A DNA stretch of 64,000 nucleotides from Vicugna vicugna (taxonomy: Eukaryota). The stretch covers positions 5,124,344-5,188,343 of the forward strand of contig MU058844.1 of the NCBI GenBank assembly GCA_013265495.1. Direction: 5' to 3'. This document shows, piece by piece, positions 26,387 through 39,372 of this stretch. The notes beneath the pieces were generated by a model. It searched no databases and had not been told where the DNA came from. It worked only from the letters and a program-made list of their open reading frames with translations. Each line of letters begins with the position of its first letter. The stretch's first letter is position 1. The position numbers and the translations under genes are program-made.

Positions 26387-27016
26387 TGAGACAGGAAGAG
26401 GGCAGGGCACAGCCATTCAAGGAATGCTACAGCAATTAACATCAAAATGGTGAAAGATTCAACCCCCAGGAGGCCTTGAGGCCAAGATGGTGGGAGGTTT
26501 GACTTCTAACAGATCTTGAGCTTATACACCCATTGTAATATATTAACATGGTAAATAACACGCCCACAGGTGCCATGACAGTCCCAAGGCTAGCCACAAA
26601 AGCTCAAGAGTGGGAAATGGCTAACTTCCTGGGAATCCCAGCCCCTTCCCCAGCCTAGTTAGACTGGTCCTTCCACTTATTAGCATATGAAGCCACCAAG
26701 CCCATAAAAACTGGCAACAAGGTGCCTCGCAGCTGCTGCCCACTCTCTCTCTCCCACTTTGGAGATGGCCCGCACTCTTGTCTATGGAGTATGTACCTAC
26801 TTTTAATCTGAGAACCCAAACCCCACACCTCGTGGCCTTTCTCTTGCCTTTCAATGTACCTCTCTGAATAAATCTACCTTTACTCAACTGTGGCTCGCTC
26901 TTGAATTCTTTCCTGCGCAAAGCCAAGGACCCACACTTGGCAGGGCACGTCCCAGGGTCTCAACTGAAGCCTGAGACATGGCCCTTCTCACACCCCACAT
27001 CTGTTTTTCCTGCACC
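26387..27016 (+). mobile_element. ERV1-class solo LTR, copy A
   Basis: tgagacaggaagagggcagggcacagccatt...aataaa ~26868...tttttcctgcacc; degenerate TSD gaat/taat; colinear with 30367-31029. Confidence 0.88.
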
Positions 27017-27094
27017 TAATCAAAAAAGGAGTTGACTTTGCGATGCTTTCAAGTACTAGAAATGTTTTTATATTTATATTTTTGTTATGATGGA

Positions 27095-27272
27095 TAATAG
27101 CTATATGACCCTGTTCAAATCTTTTAGCCTTTTTAAAAATGAGATTATTAATCTGTAAAAAATAGACATATCACTTAGTGTTCTTAAGAGAATTATATAA
27201 ATGCTTTTAAAGTGTTTAGCATAGTGCCTGGAACCTAGAAACAAAAACTTGTTAAATGTTATTTATTGTTAA
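27095..27272 (+). mobile_element. MIR 3' half
   Basis: atctgtaaaaaatagac...aaagtgtttagcatagtgcctgg. Confidence 0.7.
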
Positions 27273-28730
27273 GACATATTACAAAGTGGTCCATTCCTTA
27301 TAATCTAGTTCTATAATCAGACTTAATTTGTATAACAAAATTTTATTCCTGACCTCTTAATTTGAGATACATTTAGATCTGTGCTAACTTCAAGAGCAGT
27401 TTAACTGTACTTTGCTCCCTTCTCCAAGTAACAGGTTTGATTTTTTTTTAATAATACATTTAAGTGAACATTTATGCTAGTGTCAGTGGACTTAAATTGA
27501 TATACTAAAGGGAAGACTGACAACAAAATATTTTCTTGTAATAATAGAAAATGTCATTAAATGATACTTGTTAAACACATGACTTGTAAGGTTTTTTTTT
27601 TTTTAGCTAGAACGATGGGTTATGTTACTTTTGCCTTTTTGTTTCTTCCCTAAAATAAGCCATCAGGGCATTTTGATTATAGTTATATATTTTAACAGAA
27701 ACTTTGCAAAATGACACTGCAGAGGTTGGATTATGTAGAGCTGTGGGCCTACAGATGGTTTATCAAAATATTCTTAAGTTTATATTAGGTACTTTCCTCA
27801 AAAAAACCAAATTTGGGTTAATATATCATTTGCTAACTAACTACTGACAAACCCCTTTTGAGAGGGGGAAAAAAAAAACTTCTATGATTCATTCCAACAA
27901 ATAGATCAATAAAGAGATATAATCTTTATGCAAATGCTGATGGTTCACCAGGAAACAAAGGAAATATTCTGTCTAGTTATTATGGAAACTGCTTGAAAAC
28001 TGCAGATGCCCTAAATTTATAGCTTCTGCTGTTTTCTATATCACTTTGCAGTTTGCAGCTCCAGAGAAAACACTGTTGCTTAATGACAGAGACAGTTATG
28101 TTTGGGTTGCATTTTCCTTTGTGGAGCAGAAGTAACACTCTAGGAAATACGAAATCATATTTGTCTCAAACTGGTAGCTTCAAATACATAGAAAAACATA
28201 TAAGATTAAAGTACAAAGGAAAGGTAATATGGGGAAAATAGGTTTGTAGATAAGTAAACCTTTACAAACTTAAGATGTCTGTTTAAAGACAAAGTCAATG
28301 CATTTTTATAAGCATGTGCAGTACCTTACTCAAATAAGCTGCGTACAGAACCTTTTCACCTAGATGTCTATCACCTCAAGTTACTGAAAGCTAAAACTAC
28401 CAATGTCATTAGAAAGCAAATTCAGTCTTCTGAACTGTTCATTTCTGAGCACTCATTTTACAGTTCTTTTTAACCTGTGTAATATGTATTTATTCTCTGA
28501 CATTCATACAGACATTTCACTAGCTACGTTATGTGTACTTTTTTCCTCAAAAATCTGTTTCCTTTTTATTTTAGTCAGTTTTAGAATGGAAGTGTTCTCC
28601 AAGAGAAATGTATGTTTATTTTTCATTGCACAACAGTCGAAAAAAATAATAAAAATAAAATGATCTGCAAGAGTACCACAGTAGTTACTGTTTTGCTCCT
28701 AACATTTCAGAAAATATCAATAATCTATAG

Positions 28731-28923
28731 CAGGGTTTAGCAAACTTTTTCTGTAAATGTCAGATAGTAGTATTTTAGACTCTGTGCACCATGTCTGTCT
28801 CAACTACTCAATTCTGCCAAAGCAGTGCAAAAGTGGCCATAGACAATATAAGAGCATTGAGTGTGGCTGTGTTACAGTAAACATCTAATTATTAAAAAAG
28901 AACTACAATTTTTTCTGATCTCT
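28731..28923 (+). mobile_element. MER58A-like hAT-Charlie MITE
   Basis: cagggtttagcaaactttttctgtaaatgtcagatagta...caactactcaattctgcc...gccatagacaata...gtggctgtgtt; 8-bp TSD-like atctatag/ttctaaag. Confidence 0.85.
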
Positions 28924-29040
28924 TCTAAAGAATAAAGTACCTATCTCAGGTATCAGAACCTGCCTTATTAATATCCGGGTATCTCCTTCAAATAACTTTT
29001 CTATGAATAGGGGTAAACAGGTGTACATATAAAGGATAAA

Positions 29041-30144
29041 TGCCATTCATTTTTGTTGTCTGAATCTAAACTATTTTCCTGTTTGGATTATCTTCCACTT
29101 TATAACTAACTATTGTTAGGATTCACATTCTACTAAAGGAAAGTAAGATTCCTACTTTCCCAGACCCTCTTGCACCTAACACATCTGCGTTTAAACTTAG
29201 ACATACCTGCCAGTGAAATTGAATATAAAATTATCAGTGTAAATAATTAAAGTTCAAGAAGAATCCATTTTAGCTAAGGATGGTAGCAGAGACTCAATGG
29301 TACTGAAAGCAGCTCTTTTGCCCCTTTCCTGTTTGCCCATTTCTGTTCTCTTCTAACCATAAAAGAACCCAGTTACAGGAATGAGATCACTAAGCAATTG
29401 AAACTAACTCCTAACTTACGCTCTCTTGAATGCACACACAATCTAACTTGTAGATGGTTTTCCTAGATGAAAAGACATAAGAATGAAGAATTAAGTAGTT
29501 GAAGAATTAAGCACTTAAAGGATGATTAGCTCTCTGCCGCCAACAGCCCCTGTAGCAATCCTTCAGGCAGATCATGAGGGCAAGATGACATCTGAAGAGA
29601 TGAAGAGCCAGTCTGCACACAATAGAGAATGATGCAGAACCCAACCTCCTGCCTTGATCATTCACTGAGATTCTTCCTCCCATTTTTCCCTTTAAAAACT
29701 ATCATGACCAGGCAGAATCTTCAGAGCTGGTCTCTGAACATGCGCTCATCTTCTCCCCAGATTGCCAGTTTTCTGATTAAAGCCCCTTTCCTTTTTACTG
29801 ACTTTCCTCTTGAATTATTGGCATGTGAGTGGCAAGCAGCTGAATCTGAGTTCGGTAACAGTATAACATCGAGTTTCCAAGTAAGAAGTTATTGTGATAC
29901 AATAGTTAACTGCAGACACCCGGGCTGTCATAGTTAGCAGTATAATCTGAGGTGTGCTTTGTTAAGCAATGGAAACATTAATGTATTCATCACACTGGTT
30001 TTATGCTAAATCATTGCTTGTTTTCCAAATCTCATGCTGACTTTTTCCTTGAAAATGTGCTGACTACCAAATTTCCCCTTAATGAATGACTTTGAGGTAA
30101 TTATTCAATGGGAGATCTTGTTTGAAACCAGCTCTCATTGATTC
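29041..30144 (+). mobile_element. Ancient ERVL LTR (LTR41/LTR33-like), split by a younger LTR
   Basis: actttcccagaccctcttgcacct...agaatccattttagctaaggatggtagcag; resumes catcgagtttcca...ctgactaccaaatttccccttaatgaat...attgattca; followed by ERVL internal sequence. Confidence 0.65.
29298..29860 (+). mobile_element. ERV1-class solo LTR (MER34/MER39-like U5)
   Basis: tggtactg...cggtaaca inverted termini; attaaa ~29777; 3' end similar to the 57716-58220 LTR; TSD not recognisable. Confidence 0.75.
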
Positions 30145-30366
30145 AGAAAACTGTACTATGAGAGGTTGTGGTGAGTTCAGAGAATGTTAGATTGGCGACT
30201 CGGAATCAAGGGTAGTAAAAAATCACGCTAGTAAGCTGAGAAATTCATCTTCAAAATTCCCAGGGATTTCAAAAATTATAATTGGTCAAATTATTACTTA
30301 TTGTGATCTAAAATGAAGTAACCATCAAAGATACATTTTATTAAGAATCTGTGGCTGCTGCTATAG

Positions 30367-31029
30367 TGAGGCTGGAAGGGGACAGGGCACAGCCATTTAA
30401 AGAATAACACAGCAATTAACATCAGAATGGCGAAAGATTCAACCCCCATTAGGCCCTGAGGCTCAAAATGGTAGGAGATTTGACTTCTAGTAGACCTTGA
30501 GTTTCATTATACACCCATTGCAATATATTAACATGGTGAATAACATGCCCACAGGTGCCATGATAGTCCCAAGGCTAGCCATAAAAGGTCAAAGAGTGGG
30601 AAATGGCCAACTTCCTGGGAATCCCAGCCCCTTCCCCAGCCTAGTTAGACTGCTCCTTCCACTTACTAGGATATGAAGCTAGAAAGCCCATAAAAATTGG
30701 CAACAAGGCTCCTCATGTCTGCCTCTGTCTCTCCCCTCCTCTTCAGAGATGGCCCATACTCTGTCTATGGAGTGTGTATCTACTTTTACTCTAATCTGAG
30801 CACGCAACCCTCACACCTCATGGTCTTCCTCTTACCTTTTGAAACAGCCTACACTCTATGCAGTATGCATCTCTCTAAATAAATCTGCCTTTACTCAACT
30901 GTGGCTTGCTCTTGAAATCTTTCCCATGCAAAGCCAAGGACCCACACTTGGCAGGGCACTTCTCAGGGGTTCAGCTGAGGCCTGGGACATGGCCCTCCTC
31001 ACGCCTCACATCCATTTTTTCCTGCATCA
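30367..31029 (+). mobile_element. ERV1-class solo LTR, copy B
   Basis: TG...CA termini, perfect TSD atag (30363-30366, 31030-31033), aataaa ~30878. Confidence 0.92.
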
Positions 31030-31674
31030 ATAGAACAAAATGAACATAAGAATAACTTGGCATCATTGTGGTGGAGTGGTTGTTACCAACTCCACTGCAT
31101 AAAGAAGAGAATGACAACTTCAAATTTCTAATTTCAAAATTTTATCTCATAGTACAAACTTTCTCTTATAATTTTAAATAATCTCTTATAAATGAAGCTG
31201 ATATAGCCCCCCCCCAAAAAGTTTGATGCTGCAGGCTTCCAAATGATAATATTAGTCAAATTCTGATTAAATTGATAAAGTACAGGCTTATCAAGTATCT
31301 TCTATGAAATTAAGAGCGTTGATGGAGGAAAGGTGGGACCCAAAGAATAGGAATGCAAACATACGGAAGGATCAGAGGATTTGGGTTTATCTGAATTACT
31401 AAACACACTAAAACTTTCCTTGCCAACTAAACAAGTTGTCATACTGCTGTCTATGGTGGTAGTTCTTCCTTCCTTAAAATACTAAATGTTCTTATCTAAG
31501 GAATTTTTCTTACATAAAGAAGCCAATGTACCCACCTAAACACATACTGTTTTAATCCAATTTCTAACTAGAGTTAGTTTCCATCAAGTACTTGGGACCA
31601 CCCAATTACACTGCCAAATCTTAAAATAAAAATATTTGCAAGAATTAGCATTTTATTTTTGAATATTGTATTAT

Positions 31675-32062
31675 TATTTTGTAATTATTTGTTCCTCATT
31701 GATAGGCTTACCCATCAACATCTTAGGCACACTTTCTCACCTCACTGTTAAGCATGGACATATTTTGGTCAATAGAAAGTGGGAAAACCCAAGATGTATC
31801 ATGTATAAGTAGAAGCATTTAACATGTATGGCTGAACTTTGCATCCCACACACTGTCCCCTGCCATAAGAACAGAAGTTCTCAGATAATGACTCTGCTTC
31901 AGTCTTGGTCCTGGAATGGGTCTGTGCCTGCAGTAGAGACACAGCTGACCTACTCTCCAAGAAGAATATGCATAATGTATTTGAACATGAAGAATGAAGT
32001 AAATATTTTTGTTGTTAAGTCACTGAGATCTGGGATTTTTTTCTTACTGCAGCATCACTGAG
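31675..32062 (+). mobile_element. Old MaLR LTR (MLT1I/J-like) inside ERV-L gag
   Basis: ctctgcttcagtcttggtcctggaat...tttgttgttaagtcactgagatctgggattt...ttactgcagcat. Confidence 0.7.
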
Positions 32063-33644
32063 AAAAATATGAGGAATAGATTTTTTGTTACAGATTCTAA
32101 GGTTGATTCCAACTACAAAAGTGTGCAATGTTAATTTGGACCAAAATTATCAATATATGCACGATTTCTACTTATTCCAATTCAGTATTTTTTAGAACAG
32201 CAAATAATTTGAATTATTAACCTGGTAGGTTGACAGAAAGTAGTTTTGTACTATAAATGTCTTTAAGTAAATAAGACTGTCCAAGTAAATTGATTATGTG
32301 CAACTTGTTAATCTCTTTCTAGATATGTCTCCTGGGAGGGCCCAGAAAATAGTACTTTCTCATAATAAATACCCTGGCAAGGTGAACACTAACATTCATT
32401 ACATACATACACATACTTAGTATGTTATGTACACTATTTTAGGGATTAAGGGACACAAAAGTAAAATGTGCTTCTTGATTTCAATATATAGGATCTTGAG
32501 GTGACAGAAGATAAGTAGTGATTAAACTACGGCTGCAAGATGGGCAAGTTTATCATGACAGGTAACTTACCCAGAATTTCCCCAGTGGTACACAGAGGAG
32601 CATTTCATTAATGTCTTAGTGATTTGTATAAACAAAAACACTATAACTAATTTGAGCCCTTTTATGTAGAGTCAAGAAACGTCATTTACAGTCCAGTCTT
32701 TGAGTTTGTCATAAACCCAGAGGTCCTTGAAAAAAGGTATATGATATACCTAACACATAAGGAAGCATGCAGAAAGGCAACTGACAGAATGCAGCATACA
32801 AGATGATGAGGTATTTCACATTTCTAGAGGAAAAAAAAAAAAAAGAAAAGGAGCAGAGCTTATAAATGATAATTTTTTTTTGAGATGGGAAAAGCTTAAA
32901 CACAATATAAATGAGTTGGTCTAAATACTCAAAAAGCAGCCAGGATGAGCAGTAATTTAAACAATCAGCTTCAAAAACATTAAAAAATATTTTCAAAAAA
33001 CTAAACTGTTATTTACATTAAGGATTTTGTCCATTTGTCCACTAGGTTTTTAAGTAAATTGTAATAATTATTAGAATAGGAACAAAATTTAATTAGTAAT
33101 GAATGGCACCATGTTACCTTAAACTACATAGATAATTTTAGAAATTATAGATCGTGGTGTGAATACTGAATGATTCATATCATTACAGTGATTTAATTAC
33201 TGTTTTAATTATTTAAATCCATAGAGCAATCACATTTTTAATCTTCTTAAATTAATAAATTCCCATCTACTATAGAGAAACAATGTTGAAAGATATTTTT
33301 CTGGCTAAGATTGAGATTTATGAATCGATGCTTTAAGCATTTTACTTTAAGAACTAGAAAATATATCTGTTTTTCTGGTATCAGTATAAAAAAATCATAC
33401 AAGGTGTTTGTTGGCATATTATTATATGCAATTTAATCTTGAATCTGGTGAATGTTTTCAACTGGAAAGAAATCACTTTATGACTAACAGTCTTACAAGA
33501 AATAAATTAATAATCAAGTTAAGAATTTAATAATCTAATTGTTTAAAATTTGGTTTTGTTTAAGCATTTCCACTTTGATTATATTCGTTAACTTAAGAAA
33601 GCTCTTTGCTAAAGTTCTGAGGAGACTTTTAGTTAGACAGAAAC

Positions 33645-34385
33645 AATACTGCATACTGGGTAAGTATACTAATCCTGGAGACAGGTTATCCAGGTTTGTG
33701 TTTCATGCATATGTATTACACATGTCTGTACATAACAATGTGTGTGTTATAAATATCTGTAACCAAATCATTTCAAGACTTGATAAATTTTTAACAAAGT
33801 TTGTACATTTTTTATGAAAGGTACTAGTAATGCTTTACTACATAGTGCAATGAATTTTTACTGTTAATCCTTGTGTCCACTTTTGGAGTTGAGTGTTGTT
33901 GGTAATCAATATGTGATGTACACTTAAGGAAAAAAAAACCAAGAAAACCTTACTTTACTCCTCTCTAAGATATTTATGTTTAACTCCCTCATAGTGTTGC
34001 TGTCACAAGTAAGTGAGCAATGCATCCAAAACATTTATAGAAAAGTATAGTACATATTAAAAACTATGTATGCTACAGGCTAAATCTCAATCTTGGCAAG
34101 AAAGATATGAGAAACTCGGATATACTTGATACATTCCGATATTAACGTTTACAGTCAGAAATGTTAAAAGCTTGAGTGTCATCAAAATACCTGAATGATT
34201 CCTGTGGTATGCAGAAGAGTCTAGATTAGGGTTAGAATAATTGAATTATCATGACATTATTTACATGTTGTGTGATTTCAAACAATCATAAGCCTTTCTT
34301 TACTCGAAAGCTAAGATAATGATATTGACACTAAACCATAGGATTGAGAGAATTTAATGAAGTAAACAATGTGTTTTATAAACTT
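33645..34385 (+). mobile_element. Cluster of degraded MIR fragments
   Basis: MIR-like pieces near 33650-33845, 33975-34050 and 34200-34380 (cataggattgagagaatttaatgaag). Confidence 0.4.
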
Positions 34386-35212
34386 CTGGTCATCCAGCCT
34401 TGAAATAGGAGCCCTGGGGTCAGTTTCTGTAATGTGATTCTAATATTTAGAGCTGGATATCAGAGTGGAGGGCCTGGCCTATGCAGTTAGAACAAAAACC
34501 TCACACAGGAAATCAAGGTCACTCTGAAGCCACCGATGCAGGACAGGCAGGTGGAGAGAAAGAACACACTCAGAAACGACTGGTCTGCAAAAGGCAGAAG
34601 AAGTGAAATGTACAGATTCAGTGAATAGTCTACGAGAAAGGAGACTGAGAAAGGAAAGGCTTTCTAAAGTTCATGAATCGAAAGAGAATGCTTTAGTGTG
34701 CTAAACTGGATCAGCCAGAATTCTCTAAAGCACCAAGTATAAGTCATAAACATTAAACAGTACCCCTCCCCCCCAGTGACATCTCAGGCAGACACTACTG
34801 TCCTCTTCACAGACGAGAAGCACCTACTGTCTTCCCTAGTTAGTTCACTTGTGTGACAGACTCGATACGTTTAAAGCAGGAAGGCTGCTTCAGCTCCATG
34901 CTGTGGAGCCCTTGTTCATTAGTGCTGTTCCTCTTCAAGTCACTTAGGTTGCAATGAAAGCAGAAGTGGTATTTGGTGTTGTGTTTCTCAGCTGGTATTG
35001 GGCAATTTTTCATAATGGTGAAACTTATCAAAATGTACCTGGATCCACCATACCTTCAGTTAGGGGCTTCCTCAGATGATCTATTGCTGATCCTGATCCT
35101 TATCTTTTCCCTTTTAGGCTAGGTTACATTTATATTATTTTTCCTTTTAGCATCTACCTTTTCCATGTCAGAGCTTGAGGCAGATGGAATTTGCTAAAGA
35201 TGTTTGTATCAA

Positions 35213-35264
35213 CATATATATACAACACACATATATACATATATATATACATATATATATATAT
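35213..35264. repeat. (TA)n/(CATATA)n microsatellite
   Basis: atatatatacaacacacatatatacatatatatatacatatatatatatatg. Confidence 0.85.
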
Positions 35265-35274
35265 GTTCTTAGAA

Positions 35275-35719
35275 TTTCATGTTAGCATTCTTCTTTTGAG
35301 AGATGGAGGTCTATGTTTTCTATTCTTGAAGTAGGTATACTTTGTACCTGACTTGACCAATGTATTATGATGAAAGTGAAGCTATGTGACTTAAGGCTTC
35401 TATCTGCCTCTCTCTTGAATGAGTGTTTGAGGAGCCATGAGTTGGAATATAAGAAATACGGTTACTGAAATCACTATACAGGAAGTACCACATGAGGAGG
35501 TCACACAGAGACAGTTAACTGAGGAAATTCAGGGGTTCTATCCACTAGGTGTTCTTTCATGTTCTAAGCATGCCTTCAAATGATTCTAGCTTCATTTTCC
35601 AAGCCACCATAGATGTTGTTGAGTTCAACAGAGATAGCTGTTTTAAGTAAAATTAATGTTGTTGTTTTAAGCCACTAAGTTATTGAGTAATTTCATATAC
35701 AGCCCTAATAACTGGGACA
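35275..35719 (+). mobile_element. MaLR LTR (MLT1G/H-like)
   Basis: gagagatggaggtctatg...cttgaccaat...gttgttttaagccactaagtt...taactgggaca. Confidence 0.7.
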
Positions 35720-37224
35720 GGACTCTTCAGAAATTATTGGCAGAATGTCCAATGAGACAAAGTTTGCATATGTGACAACACAATTCTGAATTCTCAACTC
35801 CAGTTTGAATTCTCCTGTGGGTCATCGAGGAAAAGCACCTTAAATATTATCTCTAACATCTAAACTTTGTTCTCTTCACTCTATGACCATTGTATGGAGA
35901 GGCTTTAATCAATCATGTTTAAATTTTTCATATATGTTTCTCACAAATGTAGTAGAACTTTTCTAGGGTATTAAATGCTGTGAGCAGTTGCACTGATATA
36001 TAAAATGCTTTTGTTTAAATCATTTTAACTTGAATATGAGGATGGTTTTGGCCAACTGTTAGACATTAACACAGCTAAAATAATAGCATGTATCTAACAA
36101 AATGGTATATTTAGCATGACCTGCAATTTTTTCTGGATTAGGCCCAGTTTCGGTTTATCAATTGCCTTCTGGCTAGCTTTGTATAGTGCAATTGAACAAC
36201 TTTGACAAAATTCCAAAATCAAATCTGAAATTAATATAATTCAGCCACAATGTGTCACTTTTATTAAAGAATAAGATGTTAAAATTGAACTCAAAATTTT
36301 ATGCTAAATACTGTATTTTATTTTCTATATATTTTCATGGTTATATTAAATCATTTATGTATTTTATTAGATAAAATATTATATTACTAAACTCTCAAAT
36401 AATAAAGTGTGAAGTTCATTATGCTTTGACAAATTGCCCAAATCAAATGAAGATATCAAGATCAAGATGGAAAATATAATTATATATGATTTGATCTAGG
36501 GTGAACTTTCCTTGGTCAGTTATATGTTATTAATTGCAACTCAGCAAAGGGACTTAGGCTATAGGCATCTTTACAAATAGACACAGATATGTTTCTTTGG
36601 AGGAAGTGACAGCAGAAGTTAGACAGGATCATACTACAAACAGAAGAGAAAAATCAATTCTTATCCTTACTTAAACGCTGATAAATCTCAAATATTATGT
36701 TGGACCCTTGAAATTCTACTTCAAGAAAGATATAAAGTACATGTAAATGTGGAAATTTTTAGTGCTTAAATTTTAAAAATATACACTTTTCTAAGAAATA
36801 TTATTTGGCTTCAATGTCAGAAAGAAATCATTGCTATATACTTGGTAAATTGGTAGACACACTATAATATCAGATTTCTCTAATGCTTGAAATATTTATC
36901 ATTTGATACATCTGTGTATGCATATATATATGTAGGCATGTATTTATCTGCTTATGTGTTATTTAATATCAATAAGAAATAAAAATTCACTGATATAAAA
37001 TGCTTTTCAATTTCTGCACCATCTCAGTTTATCATTAAGTCAAACAGTGAAATAAAAGCTGTTAAAGTAAGTATTAAAAGTATTTGACACAGAAAACTGA
37101 AATTCAGATATATTAAATGACTTTGCCAAATTTATATAGCAGCTGCATGCAAAAATTCAGTTTTTGAACAAGTGTTTTAATTTGATATTTATTCATTCAT
37201 TTATTTCAGTACTTATCGGGATCC

Positions 37225-37850
37225 TGGAGAATCTATTTCTAAGACATATAATCAAAACAGGTTAGTATCAAAATATATTAAAAAATATACAAATCACTAA
37301 GAAAAGTATAAAAAGTCCAAGAAAAAAATGGCATAAATAGGTATCTCAAAAAAAAAAAAAGACATGTACATCACCAATACATAAAGATGCTTAACTTCAT
37401 TAGTGTTAAATAAAAATCACAGCCACAATGGGTTAATGCTGCATAGTCTTGTTGTTGGCAAAAAATAAAAGATTATAATGAAAAATTAATCTGATGACAA
37501 CAAATGTTGAGGAGAATATAGATCCAGTGGGACCCATTCCTAGTGGTGGTGAAAATGATATATCCACTTTGAAAAAGTTTGGTGCTACAGTTTAGTATGG
37601 TCTCATAATTATGAAGCTATACATCTCCTCTCTAGCAAAATGTAACTGAAAGGTGTCTGTTCAAAGAAAATATTTCCCATGTGCTTCATGAAACATGTAC
37701 AAGGAGATTCATAGCTCAGAATTCTCAACAGCAAACTCCTGGGGAAAAATCATGTATTCATAAATAAGAAAATAATTTAGAACAATAAAAAAACAGGTGT
37801 GCATTCACACAACCAAATGTTGTTTATCAAAAATATAGGTGATTCTTAGC
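37225..37850 (+). mobile_element. Ancient L1M ORF2 3' end remnant
   Basis: gttagtatcaaaatatattaaaaa...caaatgttgaggagaatatag...atccactttgaaaaagtttgg. Confidence 0.65.
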
Positions 37851-38199
37851 AAATAAAATGAATAATTCTCCACCAAACACATAAAAATTACACTTTTTGT
37901 GGCATCTTTATACTTTTTTCGTTCTTGTTTTATTGTGCAGACATAATGCCTCTTGACTGAATCCTGAAATAGATTCAAGACACTTTTGGAAAGAGGGAGA
38001 TGGTATTTATGTGCATGCATACATGTCAAAACCCTGAAAATAGAGCTGCAAGAAAGTGATACTCTTGGAGCCATTCTAATTGTTTTAAACATATTCCAAA
38101 GAAATTCCACATATTACAAAGGAAATAGATCCATAGATACCTATTACCTAAAGGTAACAATTCTTAGGCTTTTATCTCAGTTATTTAAATTTTTTTTTA

Positions 38200-38490
38200 G
38201 TGTTTAGGGTTTTTATACAGAAGTAATTTAAAGCAAATTTCAGTTACCATGTTATTTCACCTCTACATAATTCACAACTGTATTTAGAAATCATGAACAG
38301 CTTCTTACATAATCATAGTGAATTATAATAATGTATAAAATCAGTAATTTTGGTATAAATTAATAAAACTAGTCTATTTTCATATTTCCCACTCATCCTC
38401 AAAATGTTACACTTATTTTTATTTTTTAAATCAAAATCTAAATGAATTTTACACATTGTATTTGGCTTTTATGTCATTTAATCTTAAAAA
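38200..38490 (-). mobile_element. L1MC-type 3' end fragment
   Basis: aaagcaaatttcagttaccatgttatttcacc...cttacataatcatagt. Confidence 0.45.
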
Positions 38491-38594
38491 GTCTCCTCCC
38501 TTTTTATGCCTAGGTATAGATATGACAGAACAGAAGCAAAATAAGTTATAAAGGTTCATTTCAAATTGAGTCATAATAACTTATTTAATATAGT

Positions 38595-39247
38595 TCAGCA
38601 GACTTCTTAATAAAAACTGTCAGCAAATCAGTAACAGAAGGAAAATTCCTCAAAGAGATAAGGTATCTATGAAAAACCTGTGGGTAACATCATAATTAAT
38701 ATAAGGTTCATAAAATTGTGAAAAGAAAACTATCCACTTACAATTTCTATTTCATGTAATTTCTAGCCAGTACAATAGGCCAGGAAAAGAAACTAAATAA
38801 AGTTTGAAAAAGAAGAAGTAAAACATACTATATTCATGCATTGTATAATAGGCATAACATAGACTTTGAAAATCTGAATAAATTTTGACAGGCTTATTAG
38901 AAATAACATGCAGATTTAGCAAGTTGTGGGAATGAAAGATCAATACAAACATATGTGTGTGGTAGGAAAAAAAACAGAAATTAACCTTAAAAATCATTTA
39001 AGTACTTCAATATAAATAAATAAATAAATAACTAAATAAATAAGAAAAATAAAATAAATCATTTAAGTTGACAGCTACAAAACACTGCTGAAAAAAAGAT
39101 TAAAGTAGGCCTAAAGAAATGGAGACAAGTACCATACTAATGAATTGGATAACTCATCATTAAGACATCATGAACTTGGATATGGATATCAGTTATCCCC
39201 ATAGAAAACTACAGATTCAGTACAATCCCAATCAAAATACCAGCAAG
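38595..39247 (+). mobile_element. Ancient L1M ORF2 (RT to post-RT) remnant
   Basis: ataaaaactgtcagcaaat...gaaggaaaattcctc...ctagccagtacaataggccaggaaaaga...acagattcagtacaatcccaatcaaaataccagca. Confidence 0.7.
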
Positions 39248-39284
39248 TGACTCTCCTAGTAACAACAGAGTAGCAGGTGCAAAA

Positions 39285-39372
39285 CTTGCCCCTTGCTGAA
39301 ATCAACTGTAACGCTGGATAAAAGATATCTTGCCCCTTGCTGAAATCAACTGTAACACTGGATAAAAGATAT
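39285..39372. repeat. 44-bp tandem duplication (2 copies, 1 mismatch)
   Basis: cttgccccttgctgaaatcaactgtaac(g/a)ctggataaaagatat at 39285-39328 and 39329-39372. Confidence 0.95.

Larger units (their letters stand above)
30145..32740 (+). pseudogene. ERV-L internal sequence with decayed gag, interrupted by two LTRs
   Basis: Ordered gag-like motifs: QVSSMKLRALMEERWDPKNRNANIRKD (31292-31372), WEGPENSTF (from 32333), LSDLYKQK (32615-32638). These match recalled ERV-L gag motifs VKVRALIGKEWDP, WEGPED and LLDLYKQK. Confidence 0.75.

Noticed and set aside
28052..28131. Plus-strand exon candidate (FAAPEKTLLLNDRDSYVWVAFSFVEQ)
   Set aside because: Reasonable acceptor but weak donor (AA|gtaaca), no recognisable homology and no partner exons.
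26387..31029. Full-length provirus bounded by paired LTRs
   Set aside because: Copy B has its own perfect TSD and copy A a probable degenerate one, and the interior is older unrelated repeats.
34513..34521. TCAAGGTCA nuclear-receptor motif
   Set aside because: A single 9-mer is expected by chance in 64 kb.
39285..39372. CRISPR-like repeat
   Set aside because: Two adjacent copies with no spacer, in mammalian DNA, with no cas genes.
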